In this document: in pieces, positions 1 to 9,590 of the stretch
Numbering within the stretch: position 1 is the stretch's first letter
Layout of the letters: the number at the start of each line of letters is the position of its first letter
Source: Dehalococcoidia bacterium
Lineage (GTDB): Bacteria; Chloroflexota; Dehalococcoidia; Lucifugimonadales; VXLM01
Length of the DNA: 64,000 nt
Direction: 5' to 3'
Assembly (NCBI GenBank): GCA_965220255.1
Contig: OZ244816.1
Location: 2,376,491 to 2,440,490, forward strand
The notes under the pieces: generated by a model
Databases searched by the model: none
Told to the model about the DNA's origin: nothing
What the model saw: the letters and a program-made list of their open reading frames with translations, nothing else
Program-made: the position numbers and the translations under genes

Positions 1-2057
1 TCGAAGTGCTCGACTCGCAGGGAGGCCGCGTCGACAACGACGACAGCACTGTCAATCCCAGCGATCCCACAATCATGTACGTCACCCTGCAGGACGACCT
101 GCCGAACGGCGCCTACACGGTCGCATGGCGTAGCCTCTCCACGGTCGATAGTCACACCATCCGCGGTACGTTCTTCTACTCGGTCGGCCAGCCGCTCTCC
201 GTAGGATCATCAGACCTCACCAGTGAGACGGCTCTCTTGTCTCCTGCAGAGCCGTTCATGCGATGGATTGTCCTCCTCGGCGGACTCTCGGTACTTGGCG
301 TCCTCATGCTCTGGCTCGTCGTCCTTCGCCCACCACTGGTGGCGATGAGTGACACCGAAGACCTCTTAGCGAGAGTGCGGGATCGAACGGACAAGATCGT
401 ACTCGCCGGCATCGTCGTGGCACTGCTAGGATCGTTGGGGCATCTACTGGTGCAAGCATCATCCGTGCACGAGGTGTCGCTCCTCGATGCGCTCGGAGAA
501 CCGGTCCGCTTCGTCATCACGGACACCGAATGGGGCAGGGGATGGCTCCAGCGAACATCTCTTCTCATCGGAGCGCTCGGCCCCACTTGGGCCTTACTGC
601 GACTCCGCAGGGTCCCATCACACCGCCGTGATATCGCCCTTTGGCTGTCGACATTCCTCGTCACCGCCCTGGCCATGGCAACCCTGAGCACCACCAGCCA
701 CGGAGCCGCCACCCCGGGCATCGAGCTTGCGGCCACCGTAAACGACTACATCCATCTCCTCGCTGCGGCCTTCTGGGTTGGCGGTCTGTTCGGACTCGCG
801 CTTATTCTCCCGGTCGTCTTCTCCCACTCGCCCGAGGGCAAAATCCCCCAGATAATCCTCGCCTTCCTCCCACGATTTTCCCTCGTGGCCGGGCTGAGCG
901 TCATTGCGCTCACTGTCACCGGCCTCTACAGCGCATGGGCTCAAGTTACCGTCCTGCCCGCGCTCACTGTCCCTTACGGACAGACCCTCATTGCGAAGAC
1001 AGCCCTGGTGGGTGTCCTCTTGATCTTCGGGGCCACGAACTTGCTGTGGCTCACTCCCGCCATCCGCGCAAACCGCAGGGCCGCATCACTATTGCGCCGA
1101 ACGGTCACCGCCGAAGCCATCGTTGGAGTCCTCGTCATTCTCGCCACCGCCTACCTGACGAGCCTCGAACCCGCGCGCCAGGTCGCATCTCGCGAGGGCA
1201 TCGGTCTTCCCAAGAGTCTGACCTTCCAGGACACGGCGGAGGGGGCCACCATCGATGTTGACATCGAGCCTGGGCGATTAGGTCCGAACACGGTGACCGT
1301 TATGCTTGCCGACCGCCGCGGAGATCCGATTGCGAATGCCTCCGGAGTGGATATACGCCTGTCCTACCTCGACGCCGACCTTGGAGAGGGCGTCCTGCCG
1401 ACCGGGCGAGCAGGGGAAGGAGAGTTTCTCGCCAGCGACATCCCGATCAACATTGCAGGCGCGTACCAGCTTGAGGTCACCGTCCGCCGTCCCGACACCT
1501 TCGATGCCCGTACCGCATTCCGCTTCGAGGTCGCCTCGGGCGGAGGTGTCAGTAGTTCCACCATCTTCCCGTCCGAGGACACTGGCCGTCTGCTCTTCGG
1601 TGTGGAACTCGCCGTCTTGGGTTTTATTTTCCTGGCCGTCGGCATTCCTCTTGGAGGCTGGTACTCGCGCAGGGGACTGGCCGTCATGTCCCCCGGCCTC
1701 GTCGTGTTCATCATCGGGGCGGGGGTTGTCTTCACCGCGCAGTTCGGGGATTCGACCACATCCGGCGACCGCAACCCATTCCCCCCCAACCCGGAGTCGC
1801 TCGCCATAGGCGACCGGGTCTACACCGAGGCCTGCGCCTCTTGCCACGGCGTTCAGGGACTTGGTGACGGCGCAGCAGGCGTCGGTCTCGACCCTCCTCC
1901 CGCCAATCTCATAGTCCACGTGCCGCTCCATCCCGACAGGGTGCTCTTCGACTTCATCAGCGAAGGAATCGCTGGCACCGCGATGGTCGGACTGGCCGGA
2001 CGCTACACCGACGAGGAGATCTGGCATGTCATCAACTACATCAAGACGCTAGAATAG
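1..2057 (+). CDS. CopC-CopD copper resistance/transport fusion with a C-terminal class I c-type cytochrome domain (5' end cut by window)
   Basis: N-terminal CopC-like segment LPNGAYTVAWRSLSTVDSHTIRGTFFYSVG. Multi-TM CopD-like core. Soluble Ig-like insert (IDVDIEPGRLGPNTVTVMLADRRG). Heme motif CASCH at 1833-1847 with a distal Met in GTAMVG. The ORF is open to the window edge. Confidence 0.8.
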   Translation, partial: EVLDSQGGRVDNDDSTVNPSDPTIMYVTLQDDLPNGAYTVAWRSLSTVDSHTIRGTFFYSVGQPLSVGSSDLTSETALLSPAEPFMRWIVLLGGLSVLGVLMLWLVVLRPPLVAMSDTEDLLARVRDRTDKIVLAGIVVALLGSLGHLLVQASSVHEVSLLDALGEPVRFVITDTEWGRGWLQRTSLLIGALGPTWALLRLRRVPSHRRDIALWLSTFLVTALAMATLSTTSHGAATPGIELAATVNDYIHLLAAAFWVGGLFGLALILPVVFSHSPEGKIPQIILAFLPRFSLVAGLSVIALTVTGLYSAWAQVTVLPALTVPYGQTLIAKTALVGVLLIFGATNLLWLTPAIRANRRAASLLRRTVTAEAIVGVLVILATAYLTSLEPARQVASREGIGLPKSLTFQDTAEGATIDVDIEPGRLGPNTVTVMLADRRGDPIANASGVDIRLSYLDADLGEGVLPTGRAGEGEFLASDIPINIAGAYQLEVTVRRPDTFDARTAFRFEVASGGGVSSSTIFPSEDTGRLLFGVELAVLGFIFLAVGIPLGGWYSRRGLAVMSPGLVVFIIGAGVVFTAQFGDSTTSGDRNPFPPNPESLAIGDRVYTEACASCHGVQGLGDGAAGVGLDPPPANLIVHVPLHPDRVLFDFISEGIAGTAMVGLAGRYTDEEIWHVINYIKTLE

Positions 2058-2083
2058 AAGGGTACTTCCCGTATGGACATCCC

Positions 2084-3625
2084 ATGCCACTGAGAAGAAT
2101 CGCAGTCATAGCCGCCCTCGTCGTTGCGGCGTCGGCATTGGCGATGTCCCCGGCCTACGCCCACGCTTTCGGCGAAAGATACGACCTCCCCCTTCCACTG
2201 AACCTCTTCATGATCGCGGCGGCCGCGACCGTGGCCGCCTCATTCGTCATCATCGGTCTCTTCGTCAACAAGCAGCCCGGCGAGTTCCGGTATCCCACGC
2301 TCAATCTCCTTGGTGTCCCCGTGCTTGGGGCAGTCCTGTCAAATAAGGTATTCACCTACACCTTCAAGCTCCTCGGCGTGGCCGTCTTCCTGCTCCTCAT
2401 CGCCACGAGCCTCTTCGGAGTCAACAAGCCCGTCGAGAACCTCTCTCCCACCTTCGTCTGGATCATCTGGTGGGTCGGCATGGGCTACATATCCGCCCTG
2501 CTCGGCAACTTCTGGATACTCGTCAACCCGTGGAAGACCATGTTTGAGTGGATTGAGGGATTCCTAACCGGCGATGACGACGGAGACGAGGGCTTGGTGG
2601 ACTACCCCGAAAGCTGGGGTGTCTGGCCCGCCGTCATCCTGTTCTTCATCTTCGCTTGGCTCGAGAATGTCTACAACGGCGCGCAGGCCCCCTTCAAGCT
2701 GGGACTCTTCATACTCGTCTACTCGGCCATCACGTGGGCTGGAATGCTCCTCTTCGGCAAGCATGTATGGCTCAGACGAGGCGAGGCATTCACCGTACTC
2801 TTCAGCCTCTTCGCCCGCTTCTCTCCAACCGAGGTCACGACTTCCCACGACGACCTGTGCGCCGCCTGCGAAAGCTGCGCCGAGCAGCACGCCCCTTGCG
2901 TGGATTGCTACGAGTGCTTCGAGATCGCCGAACCCCATGAACGCCGGTTCAACCTTCGCCCGTACTCGGTCGGCCTCGCAACGCGCGGGCTTGTATCGGC
3001 ATCCGTGGCTGTCTTCGTCATCCTCGCGCTTTCGACAGTCACCTTCGACGGCCTCACGGAGACCAACGCCTGGCTCGAGGTGCAGGATGCCCTGTATCCA
3101 GTATTCTCCTCCCTGCCTGTGGACACCTTCGGTACCATCGACACGCTCGGCCTGCTCGTACTGCCGGTCTTGTTCCTTGCGGTATATCTCGCCTTCTCGT
3201 GGGTGCTCCGCCAATTTGAAGGCACCACCGACTCTCCCGTCTTTGAAGTCGCCAAGGTCTTCGTCCTCTCGCTCGTCCCCATCGCCCTCGCTTACAACAT
3301 GGCCCACTTCATCTCGCTCCTCACAATACAAGGGCAGGGGATCATCCCCCTTCTGTCCGACCCGTTCGGCTTCGACTGGAACATCTTCGGCACCTCCGGC
3401 TACCTCATAAACATCAACCTCGTCTCCGTCCAATTCGTCTGGTGGGTATCGATCATCGCAATCGTCCTGGGACACATCCTCTCCGTCTACGTCGCCCACA
3501 TCATCTCCCTCCGCCGGATGCCCACGTCCGCCCAGGCCGTCAAGAGCCAGTATCCGATGCTCGCCCTCATGATCGTCTATACCGCCACCAGCCTCTGGAT
3601 AATCGCCCAGCCCATCGCCAACTGA
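2084..3625 (+). CDS. Polytopic membrane protein of unknown function with a signal peptide and a symmetric CxxCxxC-x6-CxxCxxC cluster
   Basis: 513-aa ORF with many hydrophobic helices. Signal-like N-terminus ends AYA then HAFGERY. Cys cluster CAACESCAEQHAPCVDCYEC lies at 2858-2917. Starts 27 nt after the CopCD-cytochrome c gene. Confidence 0.65.
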   Translation: MPLRRIAVIAALVVAASALAMSPAYAHAFGERYDLPLPLNLFMIAAAATVAASFVIIGLFVNKQPGEFRYPTLNLLGVPVLGAVLSNKVFTYTFKLLGVAVFLLLIATSLFGVNKPVENLSPTFVWIIWWVGMGYISALLGNFWILVNPWKTMFEWIEGFLTGDDDGDEGLVDYPESWGVWPAVILFFIFAWLENVYNGAQAPFKLGLFILVYSAITWAGMLLFGKHVWLRRGEAFTVLFSLFARFSPTEVTTSHDDLCAACESCAEQHAPCVDCYECFEIAEPHERRFNLRPYSVGLATRGLVSASVAVFVILALSTVTFDGLTETNAWLEVQDALYPVFSSLPVDTFGTIDTLGLLVLPVLFLAVYLAFSWVLRQFEGTTDSPVFEVAKVFVLSLVPIALAYNMAHFISLLTIQGQGIIPLLSDPFGFDWNIFGTSGYLININLVSVQFVWWVSIIAIVLGHILSVYVAHIISLRRMPTSAQAVKSQYPMLALMIVYTATSLWIIAQPIAN

Positions 3626-3723
3626 GATCCTCGCTCGTCTCCCAACGGCATACCCGCGAAGAGCCCCTTACGTAGCAGTGGTGCCCGTCATACTTCCGAG
3701 AACATTCCTCGGCCAAGGTTACC

Positions 3724-3751
3724 GTAGGGGCTATTCGCGAATTGCCCATAC
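3724..3751. repeat. Degenerate copy of the palindromic GTAGGGGC...GCCCCTAC hairpin repeat (family B)
   Basis: gtaggggctattcgcgaattgcccatac. Lies 3' of the gene ending at 3625. Compare the perfect copy at 63623-63650. Confidence 0.5.
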
Positions 3752-3838
3752 CGGCTGGTGCCAAGCCTAGGAACGTCAGCAATATTGAGAGGGAGCGGCT
3801 ATAGTAAACTCTCCAAACCCAACACCCCGGAGGCCCCT

Positions 3839-4882
3839 ATGCAAAAAATGCTCGCCGCGCTCTATAACGGCGTCGACACCGTCGAGATCAAGCGAATCAA
3901 ACGCCTCGAACCCGGCCCCGGGGATGCTCTCGTCAGGGTCCGCGCAGAGGGCATCTGCGGCTCCGATCTCAACCAGTACCGCAAGCTGACCGAGCCTGAG
4001 ACCCTTCCCGCCGGACACGAGACCGCTGGGGAGATTGTCGAGGTAGGCGAAGGGGTCGATCAGGCAAGGATCGGGCAGCGAGTCGCCGTCGAGGTCGTCG
4101 GACACGGCAAGGCCTGCCTGACCTGCTGGTACTGCCGTCAGGGCCACTACCGGAACTGCGATGACAAGGGCGACTATGCCGGCGGCGGCTTCGCAGAGTA
4201 CGTCACCCGCAATGCCGTCGCCTGCTACCCCCTCGGCAAGACCATGACGTGGGAGGAGGGCGCCCTCGTCGAGCCACTCGCCGTCTCAATTCGAGGGATG
4301 CGTCGCGGAAGCCTTATCGCTGGCGACACGGTCGTCGTGCTTGGCGCCGGTAATATCGGCCTGACCGCGATCGCTGCCGCGAGAGCCCTGGGAGCAGGCA
4401 CGATCATCGCTACCGCAAGACACGCCCAGCAGGCCGACTTGGCCAAGCAGTTAGGGGCTGACGTGGTGCTTGATCCCAACGATGCTGACGCGACAGCTGC
4501 CGTCGAAGACCTCACCGGTGGTCTGGGTGCCGACATCACCGTCGAGACCGTCGGAGGCTTCGGCAGCAACGCAACCCTCGTACAGGCCGTGGAGATGACC
4601 CGCGTCATGGGCCGGATCGTCGTCCTCGGCGTCTTCCACGACCCCGTCCTGACCGACTGGATGGAGCCGCTCCTCAAAGAGCAGTCGTTCATCTTCTCCG
4701 TCTGCTACGGCATCATGGACGGCAGGCACGACTTCGAAATGGCCATCGACCTCATGTCATCCGGCAAGATCGACCTAAAGCCCATGGTCACCCACACCTA
4801 CCCTCTCGCCGAAATGCCCCAAGCCCTGGCCACCGCCTATGACAAGTCCACCGGCTCCGTCAAAGTCCAGCTCCGAATGTGA
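3839..4882 (+). CDS. Zn-dependent MDR dehydrogenase (threonine/sorbitol dehydrogenase-like)
   Basis: GICGSDL zinc-ligand motif, structural-zinc Cys cluster CLTCWYCRQGHYRNC and Rossmann motif VLGAGNIGL. ATG at 3839 is preceded by GGAGG. The ORF-track start at 3758 is probably too far upstream. Confidence 0.85.
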   Translation: MQKMLAALYNGVDTVEIKRIKRLEPGPGDALVRVRAEGICGSDLNQYRKLTEPETLPAGHETAGEIVEVGEGVDQARIGQRVAVEVVGHGKACLTCWYCRQGHYRNCDDKGDYAGGGFAEYVTRNAVACYPLGKTMTWEEGALVEPLAVSIRGMRRGSLIAGDTVVVLGAGNIGLTAIAAARALGAGTIIATARHAQQADLAKQLGADVVLDPNDADATAAVEDLTGGLGADITVETVGGFGSNATLVQAVEMTRVMGRIVVLGVFHDPVLTDWMEPLLKEQSFIFSVCYGIMDGRHDFEMAIDLMSSGKIDLKPMVTHTYPLAEMPQALATAYDKSTGSVKVQLRM

Positions 4883-4977
4883 CTGATAGTACCACCGTCA
4901 TACCCGCGTACACGGGTATCCAGAGGAGAGGGGTAAGGGGCGGTGAGTGTCACCCCCTTGTGTCTATCCACCACCTC

Positions 4978-5862
4978 TTACCTCACGTTCCGAATCCCCT
5001 CGGCCAACCACTTGTCCCGAACCGTCGCCACCTCGATCGCAACGTCCTCCACCGTCCCCGGATGGTTCGTCGCCAGCACCTCCATCGTCCACGCGCCGTC
5101 GAACCCAATGTCGTCGAGCGCCTGTCCGAACGAGTCGAAGTCGATAACCCCGTGACCCGGCGGCAGGTGATCATCCTGATCCGAGGAGCCATCCTGGATG
5201 TGCAGCGCATACAGACGCTCCGACGCGATCCGGGTCTCCTCTGCCACATCCAGCTCCCGCAGCCGCGTGTGCCCGATGTCATGGCATATCCCGACGTGCT
5301 CCGCCGGTAGGTCTGACATGAACGACCGCAACTCCTGCATTGTCTCTAATGGACGGGCGGGGAACCCCATCTTCCCCACGAGGTTTTCGAGCGCCATACG
5401 AACTCCCGTCTCCTCGCTGACCCTCACCAGTTCAGAGATTGAGCGGTGCGCCTGCTCCGTGGCCGCTCCAACATTCTCCCTCGTGTACAACGGCACGTCC
5501 GGCGATGTCGGACTCCCCGACGGATGCACGATGATAGTCCGGCCCCCCACCTCGGCATGAAACCTCATCGCTGCCGCGACCTGCGCGACGCTGGCCTCCC
5601 GCTCGCCACCATCGAAGCTGGCGAGGTTAATGCTCTTGAACGGCGCGTGAATCGTATGGGGAAGCAGCCCCGAACTCTCTAGCGCTTCCCTGTATGGAGC
5701 AGGGTCGGGCGGCCCTTCCTCCCACTCGACTCCCTCCGCGATAAGCTCCACCTCGGAGTAACCGCTCGCTGCGACAGATCTCACCGCCTCGATCGGATCC
5801 CCGACGAAGTCTCCCGTCTCGTCGGTCATGTACAGTGCGCTCGCAATACTATACTTCGGCAT
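4978..5862 (-). CDS. Sugar phosphate isomerase/epimerase (xylose isomerase-like TIM barrel) family protein
   Basis: 294 aa with a family-typical pattern: GYSEVEL, IHAPF, IIVHPSG, LALEN, GICHDIGH. Confidence 0.75.
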   Translation of the reverse strand: MPKYSIASALYMTDETGDFVGDPIEAVRSVAASGYSEVELIAEGVEWEEGPPDPAPYREALESSGLLPHTIHAPFKSINLASFDGGEREASVAQVAAAMRFHAEVGGRTIIVHPSGSPTSPDVPLYTRENVGAATEQAHRSISELVRVSEETGVRMALENLVGKMGFPARPLETMQELRSFMSDLPAEHVGICHDIGHTRLRELDVAEETRIASERLYALHIQDGSSDQDDHLPPGHGVIDFDSFGQALDDIGFDGAWTMEVLATNHPGTVEDVAIEVATVRDKWLAEGIRNVR

Positions 5863-5951
5863 CGTCTCTCCTATCTTTGGTTATCCGGCATTATCGCCGG
5901 AACTTATGTGGGCATATCGTGGCACGCTGCGGTCATCGAGTGCAATCGCTC

Positions 5952-6230
5952 TCATTCTTCAAGCTCCGCAAACTCTGCGCAAATCTGCAGGTACGCGGCT
6001 TCGTCATCTTCACTGCCTTCCGCATCGATAGTCGCGCGCAACATCTCGCAGAACTCACTCTTCGGCGTACACCATGTATCACCCTCGAGGTTGTAGCTGG
6101 TAGCGTCTTCGGGAGGACAGGAAGATGTGCTGCGGGCGACATTCCATCCGACGATCAGTGCGCCCAGCAGAACTATCAGACCTATAACGACCACCGCCAC
6201 AGTCCTCTTCGTCTTCAGGCGGTCTTCCAT
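5952..6230 (-). CDS. Small single-pass membrane-anchored hypothetical protein
   Basis: 92-aa ORF with one hydrophobic helix (VAVVVIGLIVLLGALIVGW), then a Cys-containing acidic ectodomain. No recognisable family. Confidence 0.35.
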   Translation of the reverse strand: MEDRLKTKRTVAVVVIGLIVLLGALIVGWNVARSTSSCPPEDATSYNLEGDTWCTPKSEFCEMLRATIDAEGSEDDEAAYLQICAEFAELEE

Positions 6231-6276
6231 TGGCTCCGCGACTCCCTTCCCTTGGATGAGTGCCGCTCAACGCAGG

Positions 6277-8742
6277 TTACATGCGCACCCGCCTGCCCCT
6301 CGGATCGTAGGGAGCCGTCAGCCGCACCTTGGCCGGAAACCGTTCCGTCGCAACCTCCAGCTCATACGCCCCGCCTCGGACCCACTTGTTCGTGACCACG
6401 TCAGGGTCCTCCACGTATCCCATGCCCACCGACACGCCCAGAGTGTGCCCAAACGCCCCCGAGGTCGTCCTGCCCACCAGCCGCCCGTCGCGCCAGATCG
6501 GCTCGTTGCCCAATAGCAATGGCTCCGGGTCTTCGAGCGTGAACATTGCCAGCCGTCGCGTCACGCCCTCATCGCGCTGACGGAGCACCGCGTCGCGTCC
6601 GATGAAGTCGACTCCCTTGTCTAAAGCGACGGCGAAGGTCAGACCCGCCTCCACGACCGTGTCCACGTCACAGATATCGTGCCCCCACGACCGGTACGCC
6701 TTCTCCAGTCGCAAGGTCTCCATCGCGTGGAACCCTGCTGGAAGCAGACCATGCTTCGGCGCGACCTCCATGATCCGGTCGAAAACGTGCCCGGCAAACT
6801 CCGTCGGGATATACAGTTCCCATCCAAGCTCCCCGACATACGTCACCCTCGACGCCCGCACCGGCGCATACCCGATGGCGATCTCTTTGGAGGCCATGAA
6901 CGGAAACGCCTCATTCGAAACGTCCGCGTCGGTAACTTCCGAGAGAAGGGCCCGCGAGTTCGGCCCCATCAGCCCGAGCACCGCATACGACGAGGAAACA
7001 TCGGTCAGGAATGCGTGGGAATCGCTTGGGATGTTGTCCCGTATCCACCCGAAGTCGCGCCTTGCGGTTGAGCCTGCCGTCACGATCAGGTACTCCTCGT
7101 CCCCCGTCCGCGTCACCGTCAGGTCGGACTCGAATCCGCCCCGCGCATTCAGCATCGCCGTGTACACGATCCTGCCGGGATCGACCGCCATGTCCCCCGC
7201 GAAGATCGTCTGAGCTACTCGCTCTGCCTCCCTGCCTTGCAGGAGGAACTTCGCGAATGAGGTCTGGTCGAACAGCCCCACGCTCTCACGTACCGCTCGG
7301 TGCTCCTCGGCAGAGTAGGGGAACCAGTTCTGCCGTCCGAAGGAGTACCCGTACACCGGCTCAACGCCCTCAGGCGCGTACCAGTTGGGACGCTCCCAAC
7401 CTCCCACCTCGCCGAAACAGGCACCCATCGAAGCCAGCTTGTCGTGGAACGGCGACTGCCGCGCTCCCCGTGCCGTCTCCATCTGCTTGTGCGGCCAGTG
7501 CATCCCGTACAGGGTGCCGACCGATTCGATCGTCCGATCATGCAAGTACGTCTTGACGTTCTGGAACTGATGGAACCGGCGAATGTCCACTTCCCACAGG
7601 TCCATAGTGGGCTCGCCCGCCGCGATCCACTCCGCCACGGCCTTGCCCACGCCCGGCGCCGCCGCAATGCCCGTCGAGTTCAGCCCCGTAGCCAGGTAGA
7701 AATTCCTCAGGTCGGGCGACTCGCCCATCAGGTACCTGTCGTCCGGCGTGAAACTCTCGGCGCTCACGCAGAACCGGTTGATACCCGCCTCCGCCATCGC
7801 CGGAACACGATGCACTGCGTTCTCCCAGAACACCTTGAAGTGCTCCCAATCAGGTTCGAGCAACCCGAAGTGATAGTCCTCCGGTATCGCGTCGTCGCCC
7901 CACGGCTTGGCCGTCGTCTCGAACCCGCCCATCAGGATCGCTCCCTGCTCTTCCGCGTCTCTCCGGAAGTATATTTGCTCGTCCGGGTCCCGCAGCCCCG
8001 CAATGTCCTCGGGAATCCCCATCTTGTTGGTCACCAGCCACATGTGCTCCGCCGCGTGCAGCGGAATGTCGACCCCCGCCCTCAGCCCAAGCTGCCTCGA
8101 CCACATCCCCGCCGCGCAAACGACCACCTCGCACTCGATGTCCCCTCGGTCCGTCGAAACGCCGGTCACCGCTCCAGCTTCCTGCGTCACGCCGGTCACC
8201 TGTACGTTCTCGATGATCCGCGTTCCACCCATCTCCGCCCCTCGTGCCACCGAAAGCGCCGCGCTTGCCGGGAGCGCCTGGCCGTCCTTGGGGATGTAGA
8301 TGCCCCCCTTCAGGTCCTCCGTCCTCATGAGCGGCCACATCGTGCCGGCGTCCTCCGCCGTGATCTCATGGATATCTATTCCGTAGCACCTGCCCAGCGA
8401 CAGGATGCGCTTGAGTTCGTCCATCCGGTCATCCGTCGTGGTCACAGTCACGCTGCCCGACGCACGAAATCCCGTCGGAATTCCCGTCTCCTCGTGCAGC
8501 GTCGAATACAGCTGGACTCCCACGCGGTTGATGTCGATCATCGTTCTCGTCGCCCTGAGCTGCGTCACCATCCCCGCCGCGTGCCACGTCGACCCGCCCG
8601 CAACGGTCTTGCGCTCCAGCACCACAACGTCATTCCACCCCAGCTTCGTCAGGTAATACGCAACGCTGCATCCCACGATGCCCCCGCCGATGATGACCAC
8701 TCTCGCCCTATCCGGAATGTTTTCCACGGCTCTTATCTCCAT
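6277..8742 (-). CDS. FAD-dependent oxidoreductase fused to a GcvT-type aminomethyltransferase domain (dimethylglycine/sarcosine dehydrogenase family)
   Basis: N-terminal dinucleotide motif VVIIGGGIVGCS, DAO-like body and C-terminal GcvT-like folate-binding region. Start is ATG at 8742 (MEIRAV) or GTG at 8781. Confidence 0.85.
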   Translation of the reverse strand: MEIRAVENIPDRARVVIIGGGIVGCSVAYYLTKLGWNDVVVLERKTVAGGSTWHAAGMVTQLRATRTMIDINRVGVQLYSTLHEETGIPTGFRASGSVTVTTTDDRMDELKRILSLGRCYGIDIHEITAEDAGTMWPLMRTEDLKGGIYIPKDGQALPASAALSVARGAEMGGTRIIENVQVTGVTQEAGAVTGVSTDRGDIECEVVVCAAGMWSRQLGLRAGVDIPLHAAEHMWLVTNKMGIPEDIAGLRDPDEQIYFRRDAEEQGAILMGGFETTAKPWGDDAIPEDYHFGLLEPDWEHFKVFWENAVHRVPAMAEAGINRFCVSAESFTPDDRYLMGESPDLRNFYLATGLNSTGIAAAPGVGKAVAEWIAAGEPTMDLWEVDIRRFHQFQNVKTYLHDRTIESVGTLYGMHWPHKQMETARGARQSPFHDKLASMGACFGEVGGWERPNWYAPEGVEPVYGYSFGRQNWFPYSAEEHRAVRESVGLFDQTSFAKFLLQGREAERVAQTIFAGDMAVDPGRIVYTAMLNARGGFESDLTVTRTGDEEYLIVTAGSTARRDFGWIRDNIPSDSHAFLTDVSSSYAVLGLMGPNSRALLSEVTDADVSNEAFPFMASKEIAIGYAPVRASRVTYVGELGWELYIPTEFAGHVFDRIMEVAPKHGLLPAGFHAMETLRLEKAYRSWGHDICDVDTVVEAGLTFAVALDKGVDFIGRDAVLRQRDEGVTRRLAMFTLEDPEPLLLGNEPIWRDGRLVGRTTSGAFGHTLGVSVGMGYVEDPDVVTNKWVRGGAYELEVATERFPAKVRLTAPYDPRGRRVRM

Positions 8743-8852
8743 TTCTTCATGTCCCAGACTCCCGCGTCGAGATGTTCTCACTACGAGACCTGCAATTCAA
8801 TGCTGACCTGCGCTTAATCCTTGCCTTCAATCAGATGCCGCCCCAAAAGGAT

Positions 8853-8879
8853 CCCGTTCACCCTGAGCCTGTGGAAGGG
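8853..8879 (+). repeat. Family A dispersed repeat, short copy (core GAGCCTGT(C/G)GAAGGG)
   Basis: cccgttcaccctgagcctgtggaaggg, in the divergent intergenic region between 8742 and 9081. Confidence 0.6.
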
Positions 8880-9080
8880 TGAATAGGCCGTAGGTACAAT
8901 CATCATACTGACGAAGAGCCTACTCCGCATTACGATACGGGGCAGGTATCTAGGGGTCGGTATCCAACGGGTAGGCTGCCATGGTTTCGCACCACCCACA
9001 TCCCCCGACATCCAGCCTATACAAAAATCTCCTCTGCGATAAACTCTCCCTACACACCAAAGATCTCGGAGGCAACAACC

Positions 9081-9500
9081 ATGGCACATCAGCGTTTTCG
9101 TAAAGGCAGCACACGAGGTGGCCCGATGCTCCCTGAAGTCGAATTCCAGGCATGTCAAGCAGTCAGGGCCGGCAATCAGGTGTTCCTCGTGGGCCTGACG
9201 GGGTTCGACCGCGATACAAGTGAATTCATCGGCAGGAGAGACCCAGCCGCGCAGGCGGAAAAGGCCATGGAGAACTGCAAGGTGCTCCTCGAAGAGGCAG
9301 GCGCGCGGATGGAGGACATCTGCAAGATCACAACCTACGTCACCCAGCGCGAGTATCGCTACGACGTCTACCCTGTTCTCGGCAAGCACCTAAAGGATGT
9401 CTACCCCGTCTCAACCGGCCTCGTCGTCGACGGTCTAGCCGAGACCTACATCGACTTCGAGATTGACATCTTCGCCGTCATCCCCGACGACAGGATGTAG
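9081..9500 (+). CDS. RidA/YjgF/endoribonuclease L-PSP family protein
   Basis: 139 aa with a family pattern: AVRAGNQVFLVG, QAEKAMENCKVLLEEAG, ICKITTYV, EIDIFAV. The start could instead be the internal Met at 9126. Confidence 0.75.
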   Translation: MAHQRFRKGSTRGGPMLPEVEFQACQAVRAGNQVFLVGLTGFDRDTSEFIGRRDPAAQAEKAMENCKVLLEEAGARMEDICKITTYVTQREYRYDVYPVLGKHLKDVYPVSTGLVVDGLAETYIDFEIDIFAVIPDDRM

Positions 9501-9590
9501 GCACACCACACTAATTTCTCCCACACAGGGGGAGAGACACAGAGAGAGGGCTCCCTCACTTACGAATCACGAACCGGAACCTATTTTGCC

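Noticed and set aside
3567-3782. 71-aa minus-strand ORF containing MGNSRIAPT.
   Set aside because: It is generated by translating the family B hairpin repeat in an intergenic region. The same peptide-like strings arise wherever the repeat occurs.
7300-8817. 505-aa plus-strand ORF, with several smaller ones at 6329-8656.
   Set aside because: They lie opposite the well-supported 834-aa dehydrogenase gene. They have Arg/Pro-rich shadow-frame composition.
8814-9389. 191-aa minus-strand ORF spanning the DMGDH/RidA intergenic region.
   Set aside because: It overlaps the RidA gene in antisense and runs through a family A repeat. It has no motifs.
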